From a virus (taxonomy: Duplodnaviria; Caudoviricetes), in IMG/VR virus record IMGVR_UViG_3300034407_003088, positions 1 to 64,000 of that record: a DNA stretch of 64,000 bases, one strand, 5' to 3'. The notes beneath the pieces are model-generated. The model was not told the origin of the DNA and did no database searches. It saw only the letters and a list, made by a program, of their open reading frames with translations. Of this stretch, positions 1 through 9,541 are shown one piece after another (within the stretch, counting starts at the first letter, position 1; every line of letters begins with the position of its first letter). The position numbers and the translations under genes were made by a program.

Positions 1-632
1 TTGACTTTTGTAGTTGGTCGCATTTTGTGTTTTGCATTATATTTTTGAAAAGAATCTTTGTCTTTGAAATCTATTTCATTTTTTTTCATTGAGTTTATGA
101 ATCTTCTATAGACAGCTGCCTGAGACTTTTTACCCATTTCTTTTGCTCGTTGTTCCATTGCAACTGCAGCCTGTATCTTATGTGCGTGAGTCTTACCACT
201 ATTTTTGATTTTACGAACTGACTTTTCTGCATCCTCTACGGTTGCAAACTTTAGTCCTTTGATTGTTCCTTTTGGATTTTCATCTGTGTATAAGTCGGAA
301 TGACTTGACGAATTTTGGTGTTGTCCTTTTTTTCTTGGAACCCTTGGAGCCTCAGTAAACTTCTTCACTCCTCTCATGTCACCATCAGGTGATGTGGAAT
401 CTTTATCTGTAGTTTTTTGTGGTAGTAACTTTTTACCTTGTTTTTGTATTCTGAATTTAAGTGCAGGTCTTCCATTGATAAGTAAGTCACCTTTATCATT
501 ATAATCTATTGACTTTACTTTTACGCGTTTGTTTTTGAACCTACCCATTAAGATAGTATCACCTACCTCTACATCTAAATCTATTCCTTCAATAAGTGGT
601 TTTACGAGCCATTCTGTAAGTGTCTTACTCAT
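1..632 (-). CDS. Hypothetical basic phage protein, partial (runs off the window start; not in the ORF track)
   Basis: Manual translation from ATG at 632 gives MSKTLTEWLVKPLIEGIDLDVEVGDTILMGRFKNK...DLYTDENPKGTIKGLKFAT...HAHKIQAAVAMEQRAKEMG..., open to position 1. The DLYTDENPKGTI module recurs in large phages. Confidence 0.8.
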   Translation of the reverse strand, partial: MSKTLTEWLVKPLIEGIDLDVEVGDTILMGRFKNKRVKVKSIDYNDKGDLLINGRPALKFRIQKQGKKLLPQKTTDKDSTSPDGDMRGVKKFTEAPRVPRKKGQHQNSSSHSDLYTDENPKGTIKGLKFATVEDAEKSVRKIKNSGKTHAHKIQAAVAMEQRAKEMGKKSQAAVYRRFINSMKKNEIDFKDKDSFQKYNAKHKMRPTTKV

Positions 633-638
633 GGTCTT

Positions 639-1010
639 TTACCACTTACGACATGACCAATAACGAGCTTTATGTCTTGGGCCTGGATTATCACAATTGT
701 GTCTTGCTCTAAATGACTTACGAGCTTTAGGATTAGATTTTCTAATCTTCATAGTTCCACCTTTAGCATCTCCACCTTGTCCAAAATTTACTTTAACAAC
801 ATTACCTTTTGGATTCTTTACATATACTTTGAACTTTTTAGCATCACCTTGCATTGGTTTACCAAGTTTTACTTTACGACCTTGATACTCTGCTTCTTCT
901 AAAGTGTTAACAAATTCAAAAGTGTATCCATAAGGTTTACCCTCTGATTCATAATAGATATGTGTAGTGGTTAATTTACCATTTGATTCTGATTCATAAA
1001 ATATATTCAT
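639..1010 (-). CDS. Conserved phage hypothetical protein (RKSFRARHNC...ARYWSC family)
   Basis: Track ORF 639..1064. The likely start is MNIFY at 1010, preceded by AAGGA; the longer start overlaps the upstream gene. Confidence 0.75.
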   Translation of the reverse strand: MNIFYESESNGKLTTTHIYYESEGKPYGYTFEFVNTLEEAEYQGRKVKLGKPMQGDAKKFKVYVKNPKGNVVKVNFGQGGDAKGGTMKIRKSNPKARKSFRARHNCDNPGPRHKARYWSCRKW

Positions 1011-1012
1011 AA

Positions 1013-1447
1013 TTATCCTTTTTTCCAACCACCACCAGCGGCTTTGTATTGTTTTGCTGCCCAACCATTTGCATATGCACTTGGATATACATCAAACTTT
1101 TTCTTAGCTTGTGCCTTGTAATAGGCCCACTTACTTGGGTTTGTTGGAACATTCTTCTCAACAAACAAGTTTAATTTATCTTCTGCAATGACTTCTTGGA
1201 CTGCTTGTTTAACAAACTTACTTAACTTCATTATAGTCTCCTTTTGGTCTTTACCTTTTTTAAACCTATGTTCTCCATCAGGATTGTTCTGTGGAACATT
1301 CCCAACATTTCTTAAATAATTTGGTGGATTCAACATCTCACTTTTTTTTCGTCCTGCACAATGTGCTTTCTGACTGAATCCTTTTGGATTATTACAATTA
1401 ATACTTTTCTTGTACTTCTGACTCCACTTCTCGTTTATCTCGTACAT
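1013..1447 (-). CDS. Basic phage hypothetical protein with two short conserved modules
   Basis: KWSQKYKKSINCNNPKGFSQKAHCAGRKK and KKKFDVYPSAYANGWAAKQYKAAGGGW modules; coupled to both neighbours. Confidence 0.75.
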   Translation of the reverse strand: MYEINEKWSQKYKKSINCNNPKGFSQKAHCAGRKKSEMLNPPNYLRNVGNVPQNNPDGEHRFKKGKDQKETIMKLSKFVKQAVQEVIAEDKLNLFVEKNVPTNPSKWAYYKAQAKKKFDVYPSAYANGWAAKQYKAAGGGWKKG

Positions 1448-2112
1448 TATGAACCTTTACCAGTTCCACTCTTTCTACCACCTGTATGTGTGGAAACATT
1501 GATTGGTTTCTTACCTTGTGAACCTGCACCTGTTTTTCCTCTACCACCTCTACCTGCTTTGTTTTGAGCTGCTCTCTTTCTACGAGTTGCACTTTCCTTT
1601 TCTTTCTTACTCATAGATGCGGCCTTACTTGCAGGAACACATTTTGCATATCCTTTTTTCTCACCACTTGTTCCACAAGGTGGATGTTTACCACCAACCT
1701 TTTTACCAATGTTCACCCATTTCTTTTTAAACCAATTTTTTAAATCTTCATTAACTGGATTACCACATTCAATACAGAGATTACCTTTGATAGTTTCAAT
1801 TACTTGTTGTGTTCGTTCATTGATTTTATTCTCAATATACATATCTTTAACATCTTTCCAATTAATATCTGTCATTGCGTGTTCTGGTTTATATACACCT
1901 TTCTTTGGTTTGAAGTCTCTCATATGTGGAACAACATCAATTCCTCTCTCACCTACAAAATTAGCGTGAAAACGATTGTATCCATTTTTCTTTGATTTTG
2001 TAATCACTACAAAACCATCACCTCTTGTTACCAACTTTTCCAAGTCTTTAGCGGTCTTCTTATCCATCTTACCACTTTTTACTTTAGATAATAATTGTTT
2101 TAGACTTTTCAT
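1447..2112 (-). CDS. Basic phage hypothetical protein (DUF5872-like C-terminal module)
   Basis: [12 protein letters not shown]...PCG...[12 protein letters not shown] motif, a CxxC knuckle (CIECG) and a K/G-rich tail. Confidence 0.7.
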   Translation of the reverse strand: MKSLKQLLSKVKSGKMDKKTAKDLEKLVTRGDGFVVITKSKKNGYNRFHANFVGERGIDVVPHMRDFKPKKGVYKPEHAMTDINWKDVKDMYIENKINERTQQVIETIKGNLCIECGNPVNEDLKNWFKKKWVNIGKKVGGKHPPCGTSGEKKGYAKCVPASKAASMSKKEKESATRRKRAAQNKAGRGGRGKTGAGSQGKKPINVSTHTGGRKSGTGKGS

Positions 2113-2393
2113 TGAAAAAACTCCTTGTTGATTTCAATATATTTTGACCATTCTTCTGGTAACTCATCTTCATCATAAATAGCTTCTACAGGACACTCAG
2201 GTTCACATGCACCACAATCAATACATTCATCTGGGTCAATGTATAATTGTAATCCATCTACTGATTCTAATCCCTCTACTTCTGCACCTGCACCTGTTTT
2301 CTCTATTGGCCCATGGATACAATCCACAGGACAAACTGCGACACATGCCGTATCACAAGTACTTACACAAGGTTCTGCTATTATGAATGCCAT
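2109..2393 (-). CDS. Ferredoxin, dicluster (7Fe/FdxA-like)
   Basis: Cx3Cx3Cx3CPxxC ([17 protein letters not shown]) plus CxxCxxCx3CP ([12 protein letters not shown]), with the acidic C-terminal tail typical of FdxA-like proteins. Confidence 0.92.
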   Translation of the reverse strand: MAFIIAEPCVSTCDTACVAVCPVDCIHGPIEKTGAGAEVEGLESVDGLQLYIDPDECIDCGACEPECPVEAIYDEDELPEEWSKYIEINKEFFQ

Positions 2394-2399
2394 AATTTA

Positions 2400-2678
2400 T
2401 TAACTTAATAGTTTAATTGTCGTACCTACACCTGTCACAACTTTCTTTAATGCCACATTGTAAACTTGACCTGTTACTAATCCTGCAGTTAAATCACCAC
2501 CATCAACCGCAGTTAATGTGTATGATGTTCCTGCTTCAATTAAGAATGCAGAATTAAGATTAGAACCTGTTGGAAAGTATGTTGTTGATGCTGGTACTTC
2601 ATAAGTTCTTTTAAAAGAATTGGAAGTATCTATTGATTTGGTTCTACTTACGAAAGAACCTTGTTGCGGTGTTGCCAT
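2400..2678 (-). CDS. Hypothetical protein
   Basis: 92-aa ORF with a GGAGA RBS; Thr/Gly-rich, beta-strand character. Confidence 0.7.
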   Translation of the reverse strand: MATPQQGSFVSRTKSIDTSNSFKRTYEVPASTTYFPTGSNLNSAFLIEAGTSYTLTAVDGGDLTAGLVTGQVYNVALKKVVTGVGTTIKLLS

Positions 2679-2687
2679 TTTTATCTC

Positions 2688-3170
2688 CTATACTGATAAT
2701 GCTCGTTTAAACCAACCAAACAAAAATCTTTCTTGTTCTGGTTTTCTATTTACTAAATCATAATAATGTTTTAATCTGTAACAACGAACTCTCTCTAATG
2801 ATGGTTTATAAGTTTCAAGTGCACTTTTTGTACCTGGCCCGAATCCACCATCTATTGCCAAGTCTGCTCCTTTTGCATTACAAGCTCGTTGTAAAATCTT
2901 TACTGCGGTTCCTCTACCTTGATTTACACACATATCAAAAAAGATATGTTTTAATTGTTCATCAAGTTCATCCACTTTGTTTTTATCCCAATAATCTTTT
3001 TTATAGATTTCTTTTGCACCCTCTTCTGTAAGGTTTTTTATATCTACATCTGGATAAAATCTTTTTGCTATACCGAAGTTTGTTTCTCCGCCCAAATCAT
3101 TCGGGTCATGAACATAACCACCCTCGTGGTGTAAAGTTACTTCTATAATTTCGTCAAAAGTAATTAACAT
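2688..3170 (-). CDS. Glycoside hydrolase family 108 lysozyme/endolysin with peptidoglycan-binding domain
   Basis: HEGGYVHDPNDLGGETNFGI (EGGY catalytic motif), DMCVNQG, DGGFGPGT, FGWFKR. True start is ATG 3170 with AGGAGA upstream; the track's 3305 start overlaps the kinase. Confidence 0.92.
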   Translation of the reverse strand: MLITFDEIIEVTLHHEGGYVHDPNDLGGETNFGIAKRFYPDVDIKNLTEEGAKEIYKKDYWDKNKVDELDEQLKHIFFDMCVNQGRGTAVKILQRACNAKGADLAIDGGFGPGTKSALETYKPSLERVRCYRLKHYYDLVNRKPEQERFLFGWFKRALSV

Positions 3171-3171
3171 T

Positions 3172-4038
3172 TTATTTTCTCCTATTAAGTAATTTTTGTT
3201 TTTTAACCCACATTTTTCCAATTTTGTTTTTGATGGGTTTTGCCACAAACTTTCTAATAACTTTAGTAACCAATGGAACAAACTTTGCCTCCGCTTCTTT
3301 ATCATTCATATGTTTTGAATTATCCACAATTACAAAATTATTTTTAAATAATGCTTGGAATGAACCAAGATTTTTCTGTACATCTTTCCAACTCTTTTCT
3401 AATAATTTTGGTGGTAATATTCTATCTCTTAACTGATTTCTTTGTTGTGCTACCTCTAAAGAAGTATTCACCATCACCATATAAGTATCATATCCATCAT
3501 CTTCTAACATTTTTTTCATACTTTGTATCTTACCAAAGTCATGACCTGTACCATCAATAATCATTCCTAACTTACCTTCTTGATATAATTTCATTCTTTG
3601 TTTAGTAAGTTGTTTTGAGTATCCTCTTAATCCACTATAATCTTCATAATCCGGGTCTGTTAATTGTCTAAATAATTCATCTGGCATTTTGTCTAAATCT
3701 GTTCCAAATCCATATTTGTTTAATAAAAATTTTAACTCTTTATCTGAGTTTACCATTTTCATACCACTCATACTGATATTAAATCTTTCAGGTATACCAA
3801 ATATCCACCTTGCTACTCTTGTTTTACCACTACCTGGCCCACCTGCTAAGAATACTGCCTTAAATATTCCCTTATCTTTGACACCTTCTGCAAGAATCAT
3901 CTTTAATTTTTGGACTAAATCTTTCTTATAGGCATCATAATCTTCAGGCTTAACAAACCCTTTATACCCACCAAGTTGTTCAGAGTTTGCACTCTTACCT
4001 GTTTGGGATGATTCTAATAAGTCTTTTAATTTTATCAT
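3172..4038 (-). CDS. Zeta-toxin-like / AAA_33 P-loop kinase with N-terminal MIKLKDLLE leader
   Basis: AVFLAGGPGSGKT Walker A, VNSD, IIDGTG, VNTSLEVAQQRNQLR lid, VIVDNS. Confidence 0.85.
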   Translation of the reverse strand: MIKLKDLLESSQTGKSANSEQLGGYKGFVKPEDYDAYKKDLVQKLKMILAEGVKDKGIFKAVFLAGGPGSGKTRVARWIFGIPERFNISMSGMKMVNSDKELKFLLNKYGFGTDLDKMPDELFRQLTDPDYEDYSGLRGYSKQLTKQRMKLYQEGKLGMIIDGTGHDFGKIQSMKKMLEDDGYDTYMVMVNTSLEVAQQRNQLRDRILPPKLLEKSWKDVQKNLGSFQALFKNNFVIVDNSKHMNDKEAEAKFVPLVTKVIRKFVAKPIKNKIGKMWVKKQKLLNRRK

Positions 4039-4065
4039 TTAGAACTCCAAATATAGTTTATCAAC

Positions 4066-4073
4066 TATAAATA
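4066..4073 (-). promoter_or_regulatory. TATTTATA intergenic motif (putative phage late promoter)
   Basis: Lies in the 35-bp gap upstream of the kinase. The same octamer occurs in gaps at 33471, 35664, 47731 and 56428. Confidence 0.55.
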
Positions 4074-5996
4074 TTAAGTTATGGAAGTTTCGTATCTTCT
4101 GTTTCGTCTTCCCCACCACATATTTATAGTACACCATTTTTTTACATCAGAGTCCCAATTGTCTGAATTGAATTCGTATATATGACCACCATTTTTGATA
4201 GGTTTATTTTCATAAATAACCTCTTTGATATTGAAATTAAATGGTACTTTTTTGGGATATTGTTCAAATGGATTAGAACAAATCATTTTTTGAAATAAAA
4301 GTAAATCTTCAAGTAAAGACACATCTACACCCTTAAATTCACTTAATATAAAACTTCTAAGATTCTTATCAAATTCTTCACGATTAGTCACGATTCTGAT
4401 AGATGTTGCCTCTTCATAATCCCAATAATACTCTCCTGTTGTCTCTTCTACTTTTCTACCCCAAAGTTCTTCTTTTTTTAATACTTTTGTTAAGGTATCT
4501 TTAGTGATACTCATTTCTTTTCCTAAGAAAGTATTAGGATTATCTTTCATCCAATTATAAAACTTAGTATAAAATTCTTTATAAGATATATCATTTGTTG
4601 AACTTAATACTCTTGAAATATGTTGAGTAAATCCTAAAAAGTGTCCAAACATAAACATCCATCTCCAAATGGATGCCTCAACATATTCTTCTCTATTCAT
4701 AGTTTTACTACCTACTACCATATGTTCTTTTTCATCCTTTAACATATCAGGATAATCGTGATGAAAGAATGCAGGTGTAGTTTCAACAATATCAATACCA
4801 TATTCTTTTATATAACTTGGTTCAAAGAATGGTGTATTAGGTAATGCAGTCATTGGATATACCCCAACATAATCATGAAATTCCATGTCCATTATTTGAA
4901 ATATACCATCTTTAAATGTATCAATAGTTTCTAAAGGTAACCCTAAAATTAATTCTACATAACTGATGAGTTTTTTATCTTTATACAAATCAAAAAATTC
5001 TTGTAGTTTTCCATTATCAACATTTTTTCTTCTTACGGCCTTCAGTACATCAGGATTCATAGATTGTAATGCAATAGTAATTCCTTTCATCATACCTGCC
5101 TCTGTAAGTAAGTATGCATACTCAACAACTTTATCTGCCTTTGCCTTTGCCCAATCAACTCTAATGTTGTCAGGATATCCTGTTTTCTCTTTTAGTTTGG
5201 TCATGTACTTTACTTGGTCAAGGTGTTCTTTAAATAAACCATAATTAGAATCTGCATTATAGAAAAATTCTACTTTGTTTTTAGATAACCAATCTAATTC
5301 TTGAAATATTTTTTCATTAGTTTGTTTTGCAATCTTCTGAAAATATTTGTCACCAATCTCACAGAATGTACATTGATAAGGACATCCACGAACACTTTCT
5401 ATTGTACCCTCAAATGCATACTTATGGTCTTTGATTTTAACTAAGTCATCAAACAATCCATCTAAATAAGGACTTGGCATTGAATCAATATCTTTTAGTC
5501 TTTCTCTTGGTGGTGTTGTGATTAATTTACCTAATGGTGGATTAATAGTAATACCATTTACCTTTGTCCAATCTTTATCTATAAGATATCGTAACAATAT
5601 ATCTTCAAATGTTAACTCACCTTCACCATGAACTAATATATCAATGCCAGGATTATCATCACAGAATTGTTGACATCTATCTCCTTTAGGTGTTCCTTGT
5701 CCACCAAAAACAACTACACATTGTGGATTAATTTTTTTTATTTTTTTAATGATTGAAGTGTTTTGTACTGAATTCCATACAAAATTAGAAACACCAATGA
5801 TATGAGAATCTTTTATCTGTTCTATTATTTTATCCTCATCTTGTCTGTAGTACACCCAATCTTCCATTTGTAATGAAAAGTTTTCTTTAATGGTTGGATT
5901 TAAGCGACAATATCCCCATATCAAACCAGTAGAGTATGGTAACTTAACTTGGTTTGCAGTAATGTCTGATAACTCAAGGAAACTTATTTTGTACAT
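4074..5996 (-). CDS. Cobalamin-binding (class B-like) radical SAM protein
   Basis: N-terminal B12-binding-type region (IIGVSNFVWN, VVFGGQGTP, ILVHGEGE), RGCPYQCTFCE CxxxCxxC, DSNYG, LQSMN, ELILGLP. Confidence 0.9.
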   Translation of the reverse strand: MYKISFLELSDITANQVKLPYSTGLIWGYCRLNPTIKENFSLQMEDWVYYRQDEDKIIEQIKDSHIIGVSNFVWNSVQNTSIIKKIKKINPQCVVVFGGQGTPKGDRCQQFCDDNPGIDILVHGEGELTFEDILLRYLIDKDWTKVNGITINPPLGKLITTPPRERLKDIDSMPSPYLDGLFDDLVKIKDHKYAFEGTIESVRGCPYQCTFCEIGDKYFQKIAKQTNEKIFQELDWLSKNKVEFFYNADSNYGLFKEHLDQVKYMTKLKEKTGYPDNIRVDWAKAKADKVVEYAYLLTEAGMMKGITIALQSMNPDVLKAVRRKNVDNGKLQEFFDLYKDKKLISYVELILGLPLETIDTFKDGIFQIMDMEFHDYVGVYPMTALPNTPFFEPSYIKEYGIDIVETTPAFFHHDYPDMLKDEKEHMVVGSKTMNREEYVEASIWRWMFMFGHFLGFTQHISRVLSSTNDISYKEFYTKFYNWMKDNPNTFLGKEMSITKDTLTKVLKKEELWGRKVEETTGEYYWDYEEATSIRIVTNREEFDKNLRSFILSEFKGVDVSLLEDLLLFQKMICSNPFEQYPKKVPFNFNIKEVIYENKPIKNGGHIYEFNSDNWDSDVKKWCTINMWWGRRNRRYETSIT

Positions 5997-7387
5997 ATTT
6001 CTTCTATCTCGTCAAAAAGTTTTTTAAATTGTTCATTTCTTTTACTACCCAATTCCATAAAATGATTATAGTTGTGTAGTAATATATCTTTCATATCTGA
6101 ATACCACTTTATCATTTCCTTTTCAGAAATGTTTTGTAGTCTTTTTATTTCACCAAGAATCATATTATATCTTTTTTTATTATCTACTACCTTATCATAA
6201 GATTCATCTATGAATGGATGAAAAGTCTTAAACCCAAGATTTCTTAATTCTTTCATGGTATTGGGTCTACCAAAAGTTATAAATGGGTGAAAATTACCCA
6301 CACACTTCCAAGTCTTTTCAGTTATATAATCACTTCTCCTAAAAAAATTAGATTCTGTAACTATACTATAATAAGTATTTAACCAAGGTTTTTTAATATC
6401 TCCTCGGAAACCATGTATATCTGATAAATCCTCATGGTCAACCATTCTCTTTTTTAGTCTAACTGCCTTCTTAACATATCTTTCAAATTCTTTTCTATAT
6501 GTTTTTTCATCATCATATATCATTTTAAACTCTTCAATATAAGTGTCTGTTCTTTTAGGAAAATTAAAGTCACCATCTAATTTGAATTGAAAACTAACTA
6601 AGTTATCATCTAATACACCCATTTTAATTAATTCACCAATCAACATAACACGATGTGGATGCATTCTTCTATTAAAACATAAGAACTTATGGTCTCTACT
6701 TTTACCCAAACTATTTTGAAAATCCTTTACACTAACAGAACCAAGTTTTCCTTTTAATTCTACTGATTCAAAGTTTTCTATACCCATATTATATTCATGT
6801 CCCTTTTCATATAAAAAATAATGATAATTCATAACCTTAAATCTATCTGTAGTTTGTACATTTTTTTGATGCCATGTGTTATATTGTTTCTCAATACCAT
6901 GGTTACCACTTGTTAATATTATTATTTTTTTCATAGGTAATTTATTTGACATACAAATTTGCCACAATCTTTCAAAAAATGAATCAACAACTAAACCCTC
7001 ATGTACCATTGTTATTAATATGTATCCATTTGATTGTTTTAACTTTGTCATTGTAGTAGGTGGTATTGCCTGAGAAAAGTTCCAACCATCATATAAAGTA
7101 TTTGGTTTTTGATTAATCCCAAATGACTTTTGAAAATCCCCAAATATTTCAACAGGATAAATCCAAGTATCATCAGGATTAACTTTTTTTATATTTACTA
7201 TTTTATCTTCATAAAAGTTTCTAAAACTTGAATTATAAACATGCCATGGTTCACCAAAATGTTCTCTCACAGAACTCTCAGTAACATCATAGTTACCATT
7301 ATGATTTTGTAATACAAACTTTATAATTTCAGGATGACATGCGTTAGGTATTAAATAAGGCTTATTAACATCAAATACTATTTTCAT
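5984..7387 (-). CDS. Uncharacterised glycosyltransferase-like protein ('TEK' family, copy 1)
   Basis: FLCFNRRMHPHR...YSIVTES...ITEKTWK...HPFITFG...LGFKTF..FIDESYD; the C-terminus resembles the GT10/GT47-type TEK motif. Confidence 0.6.
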   Translation of the reverse strand: MKIVFDVNKPYLIPNACHPEIIKFVLQNHNGNYDVTESSVREHFGEPWHVYNSSFRNFYEDKIVNIKKVNPDDTWIYPVEIFGDFQKSFGINQKPNTLYDGWNFSQAIPPTTMTKLKQSNGYILITMVHEGLVVDSFFERLWQICMSNKLPMKKIIILTSGNHGIEKQYNTWHQKNVQTTDRFKVMNYHYFLYEKGHEYNMGIENFESVELKGKLGSVSVKDFQNSLGKSRDHKFLCFNRRMHPHRVMLIGELIKMGVLDDNLVSFQFKLDGDFNFPKRTDTYIEEFKMIYDDEKTYRKEFERYVKKAVRLKKRMVDHEDLSDIHGFRGDIKKPWLNTYYSIVTESNFFRRSDYITEKTWKCVGNFHPFITFGRPNTMKELRNLGFKTFHPFIDESYDKVVDNKKRYNMILGEIKRLQNISEKEMIKWYSDMKDILLHNYNHFMELGSKRNEQFKKLFDEIEEICTK

Positions 7388-8226
7388 ATCATCTCCAAGA
7401 TTCTTTTTTTAATAACATTGTTGAAATATATTTTATGACCATCCCATTGTACATGAAGATTATCATCCCAAAATGGTAATTTATTCTCAATTGCATATTC
7501 ATATAAACCATCATAATCATTTATAAATTGAAAATTTTCAAAGTCTATTTGTTCAAATAAATGTTCTGTTTCTTTATATTGTTTGTGTAGAAACTCACCA
7601 TCCTTATTAGTAAATATATTCTTCATTGTGTGAAATACATATTTTATTTTATTTAATTTACAAAAAGATTGTAATCTTAATATAGATTCAAAGGTATTAA
7701 TGATAGAATATTCATTTGTGTAGAAGTTTTCGTAATAAGTATTAAACCAATCTTTATACTCTTTAAATGTATAACCATCTTTATTTGGAAAACCACCACT
7801 TCTCAAATAACCCCAATTTCTATTTTCTTGATTATAAGAAGTATCAAAACCTTCTCCCAACCTCAATGGTTCAGTATTACCCTTGTGTTGAGTTAGTTCA
7901 GGCCATTTATATGTTTCATCTATGGATGCAAATAAATCAGTTCTTATTGGGTCACTCCACATTACTGAAAGTATTATTTCATCGGATTTAATATTTGGTA
8001 TTTTTAATATATTACTCAAAGTATAAATAACTCTTCTTGAAATTAAAGAATTACCTGATGCAGGTTCACCTGTATGATAGTAAAATGGAAAATCAAATGA
8101 TTCTTCAATTGCATTTGACCATGTTTTTTCTTGTTCTTTCATTATAGGTAAGTCTGCTCTTTTGGAAAAACTACAACCACCTGTAACTAATCTATAAGTC
8201 TTATCTGTCATTATAGTAGTCTCCAT
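7384..8226 (-). CDS. SGNH/GDSL-like protein (copy 1)
   Basis: LVTGGCSFS nucleophile block, GNSLISRR, VMWS, C-terminal NLHVQWDGH. Confidence 0.65.
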   Translation of the reverse strand: METTIMTDKTYRLVTGGCSFSKRADLPIMKEQEKTWSNAIEESFDFPFYYHTGEPASGNSLISRRVIYTLSNILKIPNIKSDEIILSVMWSDPIRTDLFASIDETYKWPELTQHKGNTEPLRLGEGFDTSYNQENRNWGYLRSGGFPNKDGYTFKEYKDWFNTYYENFYTNEYSIINTFESILRLQSFCKLNKIKYVFHTMKNIFTNKDGEFLHKQYKETEHLFEQIDFENFQFINDYDGLYEYAIENKLPFWDDNLHVQWDGHKIYFNNVIKKRILEMI

Positions 8227-9541
8227 ACTCTACTAATATAGTTGAACCATCTCTATCGTATGCTTTTGTAAATTCATTAAATATATCCTCTGTCCTATCA
8301 AGTACTACCACTTCTACTTCTGTTAACATACTTTTCAATTCCTCTATATAATTTTGTGTGTGTTGAACTCCACCATTTAGTGGTTCACGAGAACCGATTG
8401 CAGTCCTTATAATTACTTTTGGTTTCATTTGACCATTACTCATATTTTGAATTTTATCCAAATGATTTACTAAACTATCCATACATCTAAGTAAGAAGTC
8501 CATTCTTGGAAAACAACTAATTGGAACATGTCCATTAAGTGCCATACCTGTACTCATTCCCATTTGTATTTCTTCAAACACAGGTAATTCTAATCTCTTA
8601 TCATCATCAATGTCTTGTAATGTTCCATAAATAGAATTACCACTATACTTAACTGATTGTCCCATGAAAATAGTATCTTCTTTATCACTTAACCATTTCA
8701 TAGAACGATTTAATTCATCTTTATACTTCATAATAATTGGTTCTCCATTATCATCCTCTACTATTTGAAATTTCATATCCATATCATGAAATCCAAACGC
8801 AGTTTGTTTTCTATGTGGAAGAATAGATATTGTATGATTACCCAAAGAAAACTCACTTGTTAAACTTGGTGATGCAAACTTTAAATCATATTTTTTTAAT
8901 TCTTCGTAGTTCTCATGTATTAACAAATCTTCATTTTGTTTAAATATCATACCACCCATTTCATCAAATCTATAAATGATTCCATTTTTATTTTTTGTAT
9001 TAGTAAAATAATCAGAAGTAGATTCACAAAACTTTTTTGACCTTAGTGTTAATCCACCATTGAAATGTCTAATATCTTCTATAAATTCAGAATCATCTTT
9101 TTGAAATCCATCAGATATTGTATATACTAAGTCATAATCAAGAAACTCATCTTTCCATTTATCAATATTGGTTATGAAACAATCCCATTGAATCAATAGT
9201 ACATGTTTTGCATCAAAGTATTTATGTAGATATTTTAATACGAACTCTCCATAATCATGATAATCCATTGTACCTCTTAATTGAATCCAATTGTGTTCTT
9301 CACATGGATGTGGTGGTACGAGTGGTGAAACAATAGCGAAACTCCTAAAAGGTAATTTCTCCTCAAACTCTTTCAACACTTCAACACTTTTTTCAAGTCT
9401 TTGGTGTGAAACTGAATCACCACATCCATCAATCAATCTAACATCAATATCATATTTATAATTTTTATTTTTATAAACATGACTCATATTAGGATAGTAG
9501 TCATCTTGCCAATAATATCCTTCTGTATGGTCTTTAATCAT
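8201..9541 (-). CDS. Fusion of a DUF5672-like GT-A domain and a ThDP-dependent E1-beta/transketolase pyrimidine-binding domain
   Basis: N-half: VLLIQWDCFI..W.DEFLDYD, FNGGLTLRSKKF, NEDL, FGFH. C-half: MKYKDEL..FMGQSV, ELPVFEEIQMGMSTGMALNG, PRMDFL, NHLDK, HTQN. Internal GGAGA + ATG at 8731. Confidence 0.8.
   Translation of the reverse strand: MIKDHTEGYYWQDDYYPNMSHVYKNKNYKYDIDVRLIDGCGDSVSHQRLEKSVEVLKEFEEKLPFRSFAIVSPLVPPHPCEEHNWIQLRGTMDYHDYGEFVLKYLHKYFDAKHVLLIQWDCFITNIDKWKDEFLDYDLVYTISDGFQKDDSEFIEDIRHFNGGLTLRSKKFCESTSDYFTNTKNKNGIIYRFDEMGGMIFKQNEDLLIHENYEELKKYDLKFASPSLTSEFSLGNHTISILPHRKQTAFGFHDMDMKFQIVEDDNGEPIIMKYKDELNRSMKWLSDKEDTIFMGQSVKYSGNSIYGTLQDIDDDKRLELPVFEEIQMGMSTGMALNGHVPISCFPRMDFLLRCMDSLVNHLDKIQNMSNGQMKPKVIIRTAIGSREPLNGGVQHTQNYIEELKSMLTEVEVVVLDRTEDIFNEFTKAYDRDGSTILVEYGDYYNDR

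Noticed and set aside
3171-3305. 45-aa N-terminal extension of the GH108 ORF
   Set aside because: It overlaps the kinase 3' end; ATG 3170 has a good AGGAGA RBS and gives a typical GH108 length.
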